This document shows, piece after piece, positions 21,491-31,161 of a DNA stretch of 64,000 nt. How positions within the stretch are numbered: position 1 is the first letter of the stretch; every line of letters begins with the position of its first letter. The notes under the pieces are model-generated. The model made no database searches and had not been told where the DNA came from. It saw nothing but the letters and a program-made list of their open reading frames with translations. The translations under genes and the position numbers were made by a program. This DNA is from an uncultured Clostridia bacterium. GTDB taxonomy: Bacteria; Bacillota; Clostridia; TANB77; CAG-508. The stretch spans positions 12,296-76,295 of the forward strand of contig CALXFD010000002.1 in the NCBI GenBank assembly GCA_944387495.1, in the 5' to 3' direction.

Positions 21491-22234
21491 ATGAAAGAAT
21501 TAAAAATATTATATCTATATCCAGATATGTTAGAATTATATGGAGATTATGGAAATATACAAGTATTAAAATATAGACTTGAATCAAGAGGATATAGCTG
21601 TGTTATTGATAGATATTCCCTAGAAGACATTGCACCAGATTTTACAAAATATGATTTAGTTTTTGCCGGCGGTGGTGCTGATATTGAGCAAAATATTTTG
21701 TCAAATGATTTAATAAAATATAAAGAAAATATAAAACAAGCAATTGATGAAGGAGTTTTCTTTTTACTAATATGTGGAGCTTATCAATTATTTGGTAAAT
21801 ATTATAAAGATGTTGAAGGAAATATTATAAATGGTTTAGAAATTTTTCCATATTATACAGAAGCAATCGAAGATAGAAAAAAACGCTGTATTGGAAATAT
21901 TGTAATTGATGTAAACTTAAATGGAAATTCAAGTAAAGTTATAGGATTTGAAAATCATGGTGGACAAACATTTGATATATCTTCTCCTTTTGGAAAAGTT
22001 CTTGTTGGTAATGGTAATAAATTTAATGATGAATTTGAAGGATTTTTTCAAAAAAATATAATTGCAACCTATTTACATGGACCTTTACTTGCTAAAAACC
22101 CTGAACTTGCTGATTATATTATAAAATATTGTTTAGATAGAAAATATGACGAAAATTTATGTTTAGAACCTTTAAATGATAATTTTGAGAATTTGTGTAG
22201 GGAACAATTGCTAAATAGGTTTTTGTCGCAATAG
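21491..22234 (+). CDS. gatD: lipid II isoglutaminyl synthase, glutaminase subunit GatD (CobQ-type GATase)
   Basis: 247 aa with the nucleophile context LLICGAYQLFG and YLHGPLL. It lies immediately downstream of murT. Confidence 0.85.
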   Translation: MKELKILYLYPDMLELYGDYGNIQVLKYRLESRGYSCVIDRYSLEDIAPDFTKYDLVFAGGGADIEQNILSNDLIKYKENIKQAIDEGVFFLLICGAYQLFGKYYKDVEGNIINGLEIFPYYTEAIEDRKKRCIGNIVIDVNLNGNSSKVIGFENHGGQTFDISSPFGKVLVGNGNKFNDEFEGFFQKNIIATYLHGPLLAKNPELADYIIKYCLDRKYDENLCLEPLNDNFENLCREQLLNRFLSQ

Positions 22235-22257
22235 GGACGGGCAAATTGTGGTGAATT

Positions 22258-22398
22258 GAGGGTAAATTAGGGACGTTTCCTTTTGGACATTTTTGTCCAT
22301 TTGGGGACAGATATATGATGATTGACCTATGGTCAATCCATACATCTGTCCCCAAATGGACAAAAATGTCCAAAAGGAAACGTCCCTAATTTACCCTC
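22258..22398. repeat. 141 bp palindromic element: perfect 55 bp inverted arms around a 31 bp centre
   Basis: 22258-22312 (gagggtaaattagggacgtttccttttggacatttttgtccatttggggacagat) is the exact reverse complement of 22344-22398. The centre holds the inner palindrome gattgacc/ggtcaatc. By my count the arms are about 42% GC. Confidence 0.9.
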
Positions 22399-22920
22399 TT
22401 AAATTTTATATTCTACTGGTTTATTTTCTTTTAAACTTTCTTGCACATCTAGAATTCTTTGGTTTGATGAACCTCTAAAACGCAATTTTAAGTCTTTTTT
22501 ATCTTCTTCAAATTTTCCGTCAACTACTACATCTAAATATTGCAATAATTCTTTTGTAGTTTCATTATTTGGTGCCATTTTACCTACTACATCTTTTTCA
22601 AAGTCAAATCCTGTATAACACCATATATTTTTATTTGGAAATTTTTCTTTAACTTTTTTTACAAGTGGTAGCAGTCCTTCTTGGTTTTGTTTTTCTAGTG
22701 GCTCACCTCCTAGTAAAGTAAGTCCTGATATGTAATCATGGTCTAGATAATTTATTATTTTATCTACTTCTGCGTCTGTGAATTTGTTTCCATAGTTAAA
22801 ATCCCATGCACATTCATTAAAGCATCCTTTGCAATGGTGGTTACATCCACTTACAAATATAGATACTCTTACTCCTTCTCCATTTGCTACATCTACTCTT
22901 TTTATATCTGCATAGTTCAT
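22399..22920 (-). CDS. nrdG: anaerobic ribonucleoside-triphosphate reductase activating protein
   Basis: 173 aa with GCNHHCKGCFN radical SAM cluster motif. It lies downstream of nrdD. Confidence 0.92.
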   Translation of the reverse strand: MNYADIKRVDVANGEGVRVSIFVSGCNHHCKGCFNECAWDFNYGNKFTDAEVDKIINYLDHDYISGLTLLGGEPLEKQNQEGLLPLVKKVKEKFPNKNIWCYTGFDFEKDVVGKMAPNNETTKELLQYLDVVVDGKFEEDKKDLKLRFRGSSNQRILDVQESLKENKPVEYKI

Positions 22921-22950
22921 AAACGTTCTCCTCTTTTCTAATTTTAGTTC

Positions 22951-22993
22951 AAATTTGGAACATTAATGATATAACCATTAATGTTCCAAATTT
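22951..22993 (-). other. intercistronic stem-loop between nrdD and nrdG
   Basis: Perfect 18 bp stem (22951-22968 with 22976-22993) and a 7 nt loop. No U-tract follows it on the minus strand. Confidence 0.6.
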
Positions 22994-23011
22994 ATGAGTT
23001 TTTTCTAAATC

Positions 23012-25138
23012 CTATAAGTGCATTACTCTTTGTTTAATTTCTTTTGTTTTTCCTGCATTCCAGAAGTTTTCTCCTAGATATCCACAAGTTCTTCTTACTA
23101 CTGTCATTTTTGAGTGGTCTTTATTTCCGCAGTTTGGGCATTCCCATTCATTGTCTTTGTTTATTATTATTTCACCATCAAATCCACATACATGGCAATA
23201 ATCTGATTTTGTGTTAAATTCTGCGTATTGAATATTGTCATAGATGAATTTTACAACTGTTTCTAATGCATCTATATTGTTTTGCATATTTGGTATTTCT
23301 ATATATGATATAGCTCCACCTGATGATATTTTTTGGAATTCGCTTTCAAATGCTAATTTATCAAATGCATCTATTTTTTCTCTTACATCTACATGATATG
23401 AGTTTGTATAATATCCTTTATCTGTTACATCTTTAATTGTCCCAAATTTTTCTTTATCTATTCTTGCAAATTTGTAACATAAGCTTTCTGCTGGTGTTCC
23501 ATATAATGCAAATCCAATATTTGTTTCTTTTTTCCATCTATCAACTGTTTCTCTTAGATATTTCATTACTTTAATTGCAAATTCATGTCCTTCTGGTGTT
23601 GTATGTGATACACCTTTCATTAGTTTTGTCATTTCATATATTCCAATATATCCTAATGATATTGTTGAATATCCGCCATACAATAACTTGTCTATTTTTT
23701 CACCTTTCTTTAATCTTGCTATTGCTCCATATTGCCAGTGAATTGGGCTTATATCTGAATGTGTTCCAAGTAATGCATAATGTCTGCACATTAATGCTTC
23801 TTTGCATAATTCTAGTCTTTCATCTAATAATTTCCAGAATTTATCTTCATCACCATCTGCTACAATTGCTACTTGTGGTAAGTTGATACTTACTACACCT
23901 TGGTTAAATCTTCCTTCAAATTTGTAATTTCCATTTTCATCTTTCCATGGTGATAAGAAACTTCTACATCCCATTGGGCTAAATACATTTCCTTCATATA
24001 TTTCTCTCATCTTTTTAGCTGAAATGTAATCTGGGTACATTCTCTTTGCTGAACATTTAACTGCAAGTTTTGTTAAATAATCATATTCTCCACCTTTTAA
24101 GCAGTTACATTCATCTAATACATATACTAGTTTTGGGAATGCTGGTGTTACGTATACTCCTGCTTCATTTTTGATTCCTTCATATCTTTGTCTTAATACT
24201 TCTTCTATAATCATTGCATTTTCTTTTATATATGGGTCTCCATCTTCCAAATGTAAGAATAATGTTACGAATGGAGATTGTCCATTTGTTGTCATTAATG
24301 TATTTATTTGATATTGGATAGTTTGTACACCTGCTTTTAATTCTGCTTTTAGTCTATCTTGTACTAAGTCTTCTATAACATCATCTGATAATTTTCCTTT
24401 ATATTTTTTCTCTATTTCTGCTTTGAATTTGTTATAGCTTTTTCTTAAATATTTTCCTAAATGTTTCATATCTACTGATTGTCCACCATATTGGTTACTT
24501 GCAACTGCTGCTATTATTTGTGTTGTAACTGTACATGCAACTTGGAAGCTTTTTGGACTTTCTATCATTTTTCCGTTCATAACTGTTCCATTATCTAACA
24601 TGTCAGAAATATTTATTAAACAACAGTTAAATATTGGTTGAACAAAATAGTCGGCATCGTGAAAATGTAAAACTCCGTCTGCGTCAGCTTTTGCTATTTT
24701 TTCAGGTAATAATAATCTTCTTGTTAAATCTCTTGATACTTCACCTGCTATATAATCTCTTTGTGTTGAAGCAAGTAATGTATTTTTGTTTGAATTTTCT
24801 TCTGCTAATTCTTTATTTTCATTTCTTATTATTCCTAATATTGTTTCATCTGTTGTATTTTGTTTTCTTACTAATGCTCTTGTATATCTATATACTATAT
24901 ATTTTTTAGCTAATTCATATTTTTCAATTTCCATTAACTTTTCTTCAATTATATCTTGTATATCTTCTACAAGCATTCTTTTTTTATCCAATTCTTCTAT
25001 ATATTGAATAATTCCTTTGATATCTTCCTTTGAAGCTCTTTCTCTTGGTTTTACTTCCTTGTTTGCTTTTTCAATTGCTATTTGAATTTTTGCTCTGTCA
25101 TAATCTACTGCTCTTCCATCCCTTTTAATAACTTTCAT
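23012..25138 (-). CDS. nrdD: anaerobic ribonucleoside-triphosphate reductase
   Basis: 708 aa with an ATP-cone N-terminus, a C-terminal Zn site (CHVCGF...CPNCGN) and the glycyl-radical motif RTCGYLG. Confidence 0.95.
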   Translation of the reverse strand: MKVIKRDGRAVDYDRAKIQIAIEKANKEVKPRERASKEDIKGIIQYIEELDKKRMLVEDIQDIIEEKLMEIEKYELAKKYIVYRYTRALVRKQNTTDETILGIIRNENKELAEENSNKNTLLASTQRDYIAGEVSRDLTRRLLLPEKIAKADADGVLHFHDADYFVQPIFNCCLINISDMLDNGTVMNGKMIESPKSFQVACTVTTQIIAAVASNQYGGQSVDMKHLGKYLRKSYNKFKAEIEKKYKGKLSDDVIEDLVQDRLKAELKAGVQTIQYQINTLMTTNGQSPFVTLFLHLEDGDPYIKENAMIIEEVLRQRYEGIKNEAGVYVTPAFPKLVYVLDECNCLKGGEYDYLTKLAVKCSAKRMYPDYISAKKMREIYEGNVFSPMGCRSFLSPWKDENGNYKFEGRFNQGVVSINLPQVAIVADGDEDKFWKLLDERLELCKEALMCRHYALLGTHSDISPIHWQYGAIARLKKGEKIDKLLYGGYSTISLGYIGIYEMTKLMKGVSHTTPEGHEFAIKVMKYLRETVDRWKKETNIGFALYGTPAESLCYKFARIDKEKFGTIKDVTDKGYYTNSYHVDVREKIDAFDKLAFESEFQKISSGGAISYIEIPNMQNNIDALETVVKFIYDNIQYAEFNTKSDYCHVCGFDGEIIINKDNEWECPNCGNKDHSKMTVVRRTCGYLGENFWNAGKTKEIKQRVMHL

Positions 25139-25196
25139 TTTACATTTCCTCCTTCGATAAGTATGGCTTAATTATATATCAATATTTTTTATTTTC

Positions 25197-25212
25197 TGTT
25201 GCAAAAGCAACA
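25197..25212. promoter_or_regulatory. candidate operator: palindrome TGTTGC-N4-GCAACA
   Basis: tgttgcaaaagcaaca has perfect 6 bp arms. It lies in the nrdD / Crp-Fnr divergent intergenic region. Confidence 0.45.
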
Positions 25213-25320
25213 AATTATTTTTATTTTTTAATATTCAAAATTAAACGTTCATTTTTGAGGTATTTTTTGAAATGTTACAGTTTTGTTACAAAAATATTAC
25301 AAAATCTTTTCAGGGTGTTT

Positions 25321-25351
25321 TGTTGCATTTGCAACTTATTTATTGTATAAT
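25321..25351 (+). promoter_or_regulatory. sigma-A promoter of the Crp/Fnr gene, overlapped by a second TGTTGC-N4-GCAAC palindrome
   Basis: TTGCAT (25323-25328), 17 nt, TATAAT (25346-25351), with TG at 25344-25345. The palindrome tgttgcatttgcaac (25321-25335) covers the -35. Confidence 0.55.
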
Positions 25352-25380
25352 CTTTATGTATATATAAAGGAGTGATTATC

Positions 25381-26013
25381 ATGAAGACCAGTTTTGACCT
25401 AGAAAAATTTATTGAAGATTTTTCTACAAATTGTAACAAAGTTCAACTAAAAACTTTTTCCAAAAATGAAACTGTAACTTCTTATATTAAAAACCGTAAT
25501 CAATTATGTATATTAATAAAGGGAACAGCTGATTTAGTTAGGTATGACCTAAATGGAAATAGAACTATTGTTGAACATTTTTCTAAAAATTCCTTATTTG
25601 GTGAGGTTTTTTATGATATTACTACAAATAATGAATTATTAGTTGAGGCAAGAGCAAATTGTACTGTTCTTTTTTATATTTATGATGATTTATTTCAAAA
25701 GTGTAAACAAAATTGTAAATTTCATAAAGAATTAGCAGAAAATTTACCACAATTGATTTTAAATAAAGTTACTGATTTGAATATGAGAATTGAACTATTA
25801 ACTAAACGTTCTATTCGTGATAAATTGCTTGGATATTTTTCGCTTATTTCTACTAGAAATTTAAGTCCTAGCTTTGAGCTTCCTTTTTCTTTAACAGATT
25901 TGGCAGATTATTTAAGTGTTGATAGAAGTGCTATGATGAGAGAGTTGAAACTGTTGAAAGAGGATGGGTTTATTGAGAAGAGTGGGAATAGGATTACTTT
26001 GAATTATAGGTAG
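25381..26013 (+). CDS. Crp/Fnr-family transcriptional regulator
   Basis: An N-terminal cNMP-binding-like beta-roll and a C-terminal HTH (LTDLADYLSVDRSAMMRELKLLKEDGFI). The ATG at 25381 follows aaggag. Confidence 0.85.
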   Translation: MKTSFDLEKFIEDFSTNCNKVQLKTFSKNETVTSYIKNRNQLCILIKGTADLVRYDLNGNRTIVEHFSKNSLFGEVFYDITTNNELLVEARANCTVLFYIYDDLFQKCKQNCKFHKELAENLPQLILNKVTDLNMRIELLTKRSIRDKLLGYFSLISTRNLSPSFELPFSLTDLADYLSVDRSAMMRELKLLKEDGFIEKSGNRITLNYR

Positions 26014-26040
26014 TGATTTTACTATTTTATATAAAATATC

Positions 26041-26084
26041 AATAAATGCAGTATAATACTTATAAGTAATATACTGCATTTATT
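26041..26084. terminator. bidirectional hairpin between convergent Crp/Fnr and Rpn genes
   Basis: aataaatgcagtata pairs with tatactgcatttatt (15 bp perfect), and an inner tactta/taagta segment also pairs. Confidence 0.6.
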
Positions 26085-26107
26085 ATAGTTATTTTATAAT
26101 GTAATTT

Positions 26108-27076
26108 TCATTTTAATTTTTCAATTTCTTTTTCTGACAATTTAGTAATTTCACTTATTTTTTCTATTTCAAATCCCATTTTTAATAATCTTTTTGCTAT
26201 TTCTCTTTTTTCTTCATTTTTTCCATTCTCTCTGCCTAATTTTTCGCCTAGCTCTTTGCCAATTTTTTCTCCCAGTTTTTTGCCCTTTTCAATTCCACGC
26301 TTTTCTCCTCGCCCTTCTGCATCATCTATTCCTGTATAGTAAATCCATCTTGCCATTTCTCTTTCTTCATACATTTCTCTTTCTTTTGGGTCCATGCTCA
26401 TTACTTCTAGTTCTGTTTTGGCTCTTTTTATTTCTTCATTTACTTTCTCTGCCATTTTGATTTTTTCCCCCTTTCCCACTAGCAACCATAGCCATTGTGA
26501 TAGTTTGCTTTCTACTCCTGGTTCTTTTTCTATGAATTTTGGTAACTCTATAAAATGCATTTCTGCTTTTTCTGTTACTAATCCATTTTCTTCTTTATAT
26601 CCTTTATCTATATATTTTTCTTTTTCTACCTTATCAAATCTCATATGTGCTATATTATGATATGTATTTGTTTTAAAATAGTTGAAGTTTAATATCCATA
26701 TTACTATCGTTTTTCGCAATTCTTGGTATATTTCTCCTACTTTCAGTTGTGGGCTTATTAGTTTTGATAAATATGCTAAACTTCTATTTCCTAAGTTATG
26801 TTCATCTGATGTTTGCATTTCTATGTCTAATGTTATTTCATCATTTATTTTGGCTTTTATATCTAGCCTTGCTAATTTTTCGTCTAGCATATTTTTTGGT
26901 ATTTCTGGATTTTTTACTTCCACTTTTTCTATTTTTATTCCTAATATTCCTTCTAATAAATCTTTTAATTCACTGTTACATTCGTCTTTGGAAAATATCC
27001 TTTTAAATACATAGTCATTTGTCAGAGGCAAAATCTTTGTCTCTTTTACTTTTTTTATTATATCGTCTTTCTCCAT
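26108..27076 (-). CDS. Rpn-family PD-(D/E)XK recombination-promoting nuclease / putative transposase
   Basis: N-terminal LPLTNDYVFKRIF, DIKAKI...ITLDIEMQ (nuclease core) and a C-terminal EIAKRLLKMGFEIEKISEITKLSEKEIEKL tail typical of this family. Confidence 0.8.
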   Translation of the reverse strand: MEKDDIIKKVKETKILPLTNDYVFKRIFSKDECNSELKDLLEGILGIKIEKVEVKNPEIPKNMLDEKLARLDIKAKINDEITLDIEMQTSDEHNLGNRSLAYLSKLISPQLKVGEIYQELRKTIVIWILNFNYFKTNTYHNIAHMRFDKVEKEKYIDKGYKEENGLVTEKAEMHFIELPKFIEKEPGVESKLSQWLWLLVGKGEKIKMAEKVNEEIKRAKTELEVMSMDPKEREMYEEREMARWIYYTGIDDAEGRGEKRGIEKGKKLGEKIGKELGEKLGRENGKNEEKREIAKRLLKMGFEIEKISEITKLSEKEIEKLK

Positions 27077-27814
27077 ATTTTGTTTCCTTTCTATTTTACC
27101 AAATTAATTATTTTTTAGCAATAATTATTTTAGTAAAAATTTCTTAGTTTTGGTTTGTATTATACAGATTTCTATTTTTTATTTATTCTTTCTTTTATTT
27201 TTAAAATTCGGGAATTTTTTTAGAAATTATTATTTTTTTAAGTTTTATTAAAAATGCAATTTGAATTCTTTTGATTAAAATATTAAGTTATATATTTTCG
27301 TTTTTTATTTGACTTTTAAATTTTTTATACGTGAGATTATAAAATATTTTTTAAGTTTTGTTTATTAACAAATGCAAATATATATTTTTATTTTTGTGAA
27401 TTTTTTAGATTTTTTATTTTAATAACTTTTAATAGTTATTAATGATACTTAATGATAAAAATTAATTGGTTTATTTCTAATTTTAAACCGATTTTAATTT
27501 TCTTTGTTCTAGTTAATTCTTAGCTGTTTATCTTATATTCCTTTAACTTTTTGATTTTAACTTTTTAATTTCAGAATTTAAATAAAAAATATACTCTCTA
27601 TTTAATTATTTATATAATTAACATATTTTGGAATATTTCGCAATAGTTTTTTATGATTTTATGTAACTTTTCATCACATATTTCGACATTACTAGAAATC
27701 TATAAGCTTAGGCGAATAAAAAGTGACATAGCATTCATAATTACTATATCACTTTTATAAAAATATTTTTAAGGTCTCTATAAGTATAAAGCTACTCTGA
27801 AACTAATATATTCA

Positions 27815-28217
27815 TTATAAATCTATTTCACATTTAATAATTGGGTATCCATTATTTATATTATTAGTATCTTTTTCAAAGTAAATATCTTCATCCATAT
27901 TTGAGTCCGTATTTTTATTTATCATTGTTATAAAATTATCATTTTTCATTTCTTCTTCTATTAATTTAGTAATACATTTGTCAACTTTCCAACATTATAA
28001 CAATTATATACCGCACTATTATCTCTACCGTCACTTACTATTCCTGAAATAATACATTGTACATATTGATTATTCTCTTCCGTCGCTCCTTGCAAATTTC
28101 CTCTATTATAACATCCATTAATTATTCCTTCATTATTGTTATTACTAATGCTATTAATGTTATTCCTTTGTTAGCACTTCTAATTTTTGCTTTTGTTTTT
28201 TCCTTTTTCATTTTCAT
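27815..28217 (-). pseudogene. decayed remnant of a small secreted protein (prepilin-like N-terminus plus GLUG-like repeats) spread over three frames
   Basis: On the minus strand: MKMKKEKTKAKIRSANKGITLIALVITIMKE-stop (prepilin-type G/ITLI motif, truncated helix). A second frame gives GCYNRGNLQG...ISGIVSD...VYNCYNVGKL. A third frame gives ...NNGYPIIKCEIDL-stop. Confidence 0.5.
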
Positions 28218-28400
28218 CCTCCTTATTTATTTTTTAATATTTTTTTAGTATTTAACTTTATTCAAATTTTATACTTTTGAATTATATTTTTAGTATAATT
28301 ATCCTCATTTTTATTTTCAATGTATTTTTGCTATTTGTAATAAGTTTATAAAATTATTGTAATATTTCTCATGATTTTGGTAGCCTACATTTATAAATAA

Positions 28401-28448
28401 AAATAACAAGATTAAACCTATATTTTTATAGGTTTAATCTTGTTATTT
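28401..28448. terminator. long AT-rich hairpin downstream of galE
   Basis: Perfect 22 bp arms (28401-22 with 28427-48) and a 4 nt loop. T-rich flanks in both orientations. Confidence 0.6.
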
Positions 28449-28637
28449 CTATTAATCTATTTATTTTCTCTAAACTAATTGTGTATGTGTGTGTACTCTC
28501 ACAAGGTTTTCAGCGGTTTTATTCATTTTTTTGTTCCTCTTTGGTTTTCTTCTTTGAATTTATAATATCATTTTATCTTTACTTTTTCAATAGTTGTAAT
28601 TAAACTGTAATACTAATATATATTTACAGCATATTTA

Positions 28638-29642
28638 TTATCTATGCTTTTCTATATAATTCCATGAATCCTTACACATGTCTTCAAGTGTTTTTGTAGC
28701 TTCCCAGCCTAGTTCTTCTTTGGCTCTTTTTGGGTCTGCATAACACATTGCTATGTCGCCTTCTCTTCTTGGTGCTATTTTATATGGTACTTTTTTTCCT
28801 GTTACACTTTCAAATGCTTTTACCATGTCTAATACACTATATCCTTTTCCTGTTCCTAGATTATATATGTATAATCCTGCATTTTCTTTGTCTAGTTTTT
28901 CTAATGCTTTTACATGTCCTTTTGCTAAATCTACTACATGTATATAATCTCTTACTCCTGTTCCGTCTGGTGTGTTGTAGTCATTTCCAAATACTGATAA
29001 TTCTTTTAGTGTTCCTGCTGCTACTCTTGCTATATATGGCATTAAATTATTTGGTATTCCTTGTGGCTCTTCTCCTATTAGTCCACTTTCGTGTGCTCCT
29101 ACTGGGTTAAAGTATCTTAGTATACATATATCCCATGTGTTGTCAGATTTATATATGTCTTTTAATATTTGTTCTATAAATAGTTTTGTTGTTCCATATG
29201 GGTTTGTTGTTCCTCCTGTTTTGCAGTCTTCTGTTATTGGCATTGTTTCTGGGTCTCCATATACTGTTGCAGATGAGCTGAATATAAATTTTTTACAATT
29301 ATATTTTCTCATTGTATCTAATAATACTAATGCTCCTGATATGTTGTTTGTATAATATTCTATTGGTTTTTTTACCGACTCTCCTACTGCTTTGTATCCT
29401 GCAAAATTAAGTACTGCTTCTATATTATTTTCTTCAAATACTTTTTCTAATTTTTCTTTATCTAAGTAATCCATTTCGTAAAATTTAAAATCTTTTCCTG
29501 TTATTTCTTTAATTGCATCTAATACTGATGGTTTACTATTTGAGAAATTATCTATAATTACTATTTCTTTTCCTGCATTTAGTAATTCTACTGCTGTGTG
29601 ACTTCCTATAAATCCTGCCCCTCCTGGTAATAATATTGCCAT
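28638..29642 (-). CDS. galE: UDP-glucose 4-epimerase
   Basis: 334 aa with GGAGFIGSH, the YGTTK catalytic motif and a RYFNPVGAH segment. Confidence 0.92.
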   Translation of the reverse strand: MAILLPGGAGFIGSHTAVELLNAGKEIVIIDNFSNSKPSVLDAIKEITGKDFKFYEMDYLDKEKLEKVFEENNIEAVLNFAGYKAVGESVKKPIEYYTNNISGALVLLDTMRKYNCKKFIFSSSATVYGDPETMPITEDCKTGGTTNPYGTTKLFIEQILKDIYKSDNTWDICILRYFNPVGAHESGLIGEEPQGIPNNLMPYIARVAAGTLKELSVFGNDYNTPDGTGVRDYIHVVDLAKGHVKALEKLDKENAGLYIYNLGTGKGYSVLDMVKAFESVTGKKVPYKIAPRREGDIAMCYADPKRAKEELGWEATKTLEDMCKDSWNYIEKHR

Positions 29643-29772
29643 ATATAATCATTCCTTTCACATTATACTTTTTTGCTATTTATTTAATATAGCTATTATT
29701 TGATAATATTTTGTTATTTTTATCGCTTTTTATATTTATTTGCTATCTATTCTTATTGCCTTTTATATAGTT

Positions 29773-31161
29773 TTATGCTTTCTTAATTTCTATTCCATCT
29801 TTTGTATCTTTTATGATATATCCTTTTTCTTGAATTAAATCTCTTAGTCTATCAGATTCTGCCCAATTTTTTTCTTGCCTTGCTTTTTTTCTTTGTTCTA
29901 CTAATTCTAGAATTTCTTCTGGAATTTCCTCTTTTTCTTCTTTATCTATTTTTAATCCTAATACTGTATCGAATTTTAATAATAGTTGTGCAATTTTTTC
30001 TGATTTTTTGCTATATCTTACTGCTTCCCAAACGTAACTCATGGCAAGTGGCATATTCATATCATCATTTATTGCTTTGTGGAAATTTTCTTCTATTTCA
30101 TTTAGTTTTTTCTCATCTTCTAGTGTTAAATCTTCTTTTCCATTTTTATGTGCTTGATATCCATTTCTTAGTCTTTCTAATGATTTTGATGTTGAGTCTA
30201 TTGCTTCCCATGTAAAGTTTAGTTTGTTTCTGTAATTTGCTGAATAGCAAAATAGTTTATATACTATTGGGTCATATCCTCTTTCTTTTATATCTCTTAT
30301 TAAATATACATTTCCTAAGCTTTTTGACATTTTTCCGCCATCAATTAGTAAATATTCTCCATGTAGCCAATATCTTGCTGGTATTTTTCCGCATAATCCT
30401 TTACTTTGTGCTATTTCGTTTTCATGATGTGTTGGTATTAAGTCTATTCCTCCTGTATGTATATCAAATTGCTCTCCTAGATGTTTTCTTGACATTGCTG
30501 AACATTCTATATGCCATCCAGGATAACTTGGTCCCCATGGGCTATTCCATTTCATTAAATGTTCTTTTGGGGCTTTTATCCATAATGCAAAATCATATGG
30601 ATTTTTCTTTTCTGGGTCAACATCTACTCTTGCTCCTGATTTTTGCTCTTCTAAATTCACTCCTGATAATATACCATATTTATCTAGTTTTGACACATCA
30701 AAATATATTGCTGTTGATGTTTCATATGCATATCCGTTTTCTACTAATTTTTTAACATATTCTAGCATTTCTGGTATATATTCTGTTGCTTTGCAAATTG
30801 TTTCTGGCACTTCTATATTCAAATCTTCTAAATCTTGAAAAAATAGTTTTGTATAATAATCTGCTATTTCTTTTGGTGTTTTATGCTCTTCTTTTGCTGA
30901 TTTTATCATTTTGTCTTCACCTTCGTCTCCATCTGAAACTAGATGACCTACATCTGTTATATTCATTACATGTTTTATTTTATATCCATTATATCTAAAC
31001 ATTCTTCTTAAAACATCTTGGAATATATTTGTTCTCATGTTTCCAATTGTTGCATCTTTATATACTGTTGGTCCACATGAATATATCTTTACTTCTCCTT
31101 TGTTAATTGGTGTAAACAATTCTTTTTTCTTTGTTAAAGTATTATATAGATATATATCCAT
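29773..31161 (-). CDS. cysS: cysteine--tRNA ligase
   Basis: SCGPTVY, WHIECS, HHENEIAQ (Zn ligands) and KMSKSLGN. The HIGH position reads TIGN (31039-31050). Confidence 0.9.
   Translation of the reverse strand: MDIYLYNTLTKKKELFTPINKGEVKIYSCGPTVYKDATIGNMRTNIFQDVLRRMFRYNGYKIKHVMNITDVGHLVSDGDEGEDKMIKSAKEEHKTPKEIADYYTKLFFQDLEDLNIEVPETICKATEYIPEMLEYVKKLVENGYAYETSTAIYFDVSKLDKYGILSGVNLEEQKSGARVDVDPEKKNPYDFALWIKAPKEHLMKWNSPWGPSYPGWHIECSAMSRKHLGEQFDIHTGGIDLIPTHHENEIAQSKGLCGKIPARYWLHGEYLLIDGGKMSKSLGNVYLIRDIKERGYDPIVYKLFCYSANYRNKLNFTWEAIDSTSKSLERLRNGYQAHKNGKEDLTLEDEKKLNEIEENFHKAINDDMNMPLAMSYVWEAVRYSKKSEKIAQLLLKFDTVLGLKIDKEEKEEIPEEILELVEQRKKARQEKNWAESDRLRDLIQEKGYIIKDTKDGIEIKKA

Noticed and set aside
22119-22373. 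An 84-aa minus-strand ORF across the gatD end and the palindrome.
   Set aside because: It overlaps the gatD coding sequence and simply reads through one arm and the centre of the palindromic element. There is no RBS and the sequence is not protein-like.
26108-27076. The Rpn / PD-(D/E)XK transposase-like gene as an active mobile element.
   Set aside because: I found no terminal inverted repeats, target-site duplication or second copy, so I treat it as a stand-alone gene.
27234-27378. An imperfect direct repeat (ttttttaagtttt..tta..aaatgcaa) about 113 bp apart in the gene-free stretch.
   Set aside because: Low-complexity AT-rich sequence makes chance similarity likely. I could not extend it or find a third copy. 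I mention it only under the decayed-region finding.
28481-28496. A (GT)n-like microsatellite, gtgtatgtgtgtgtac.
   Set aside because: It is too short and imperfect to support any claim, and it is intergenic with no adjacent gene start.
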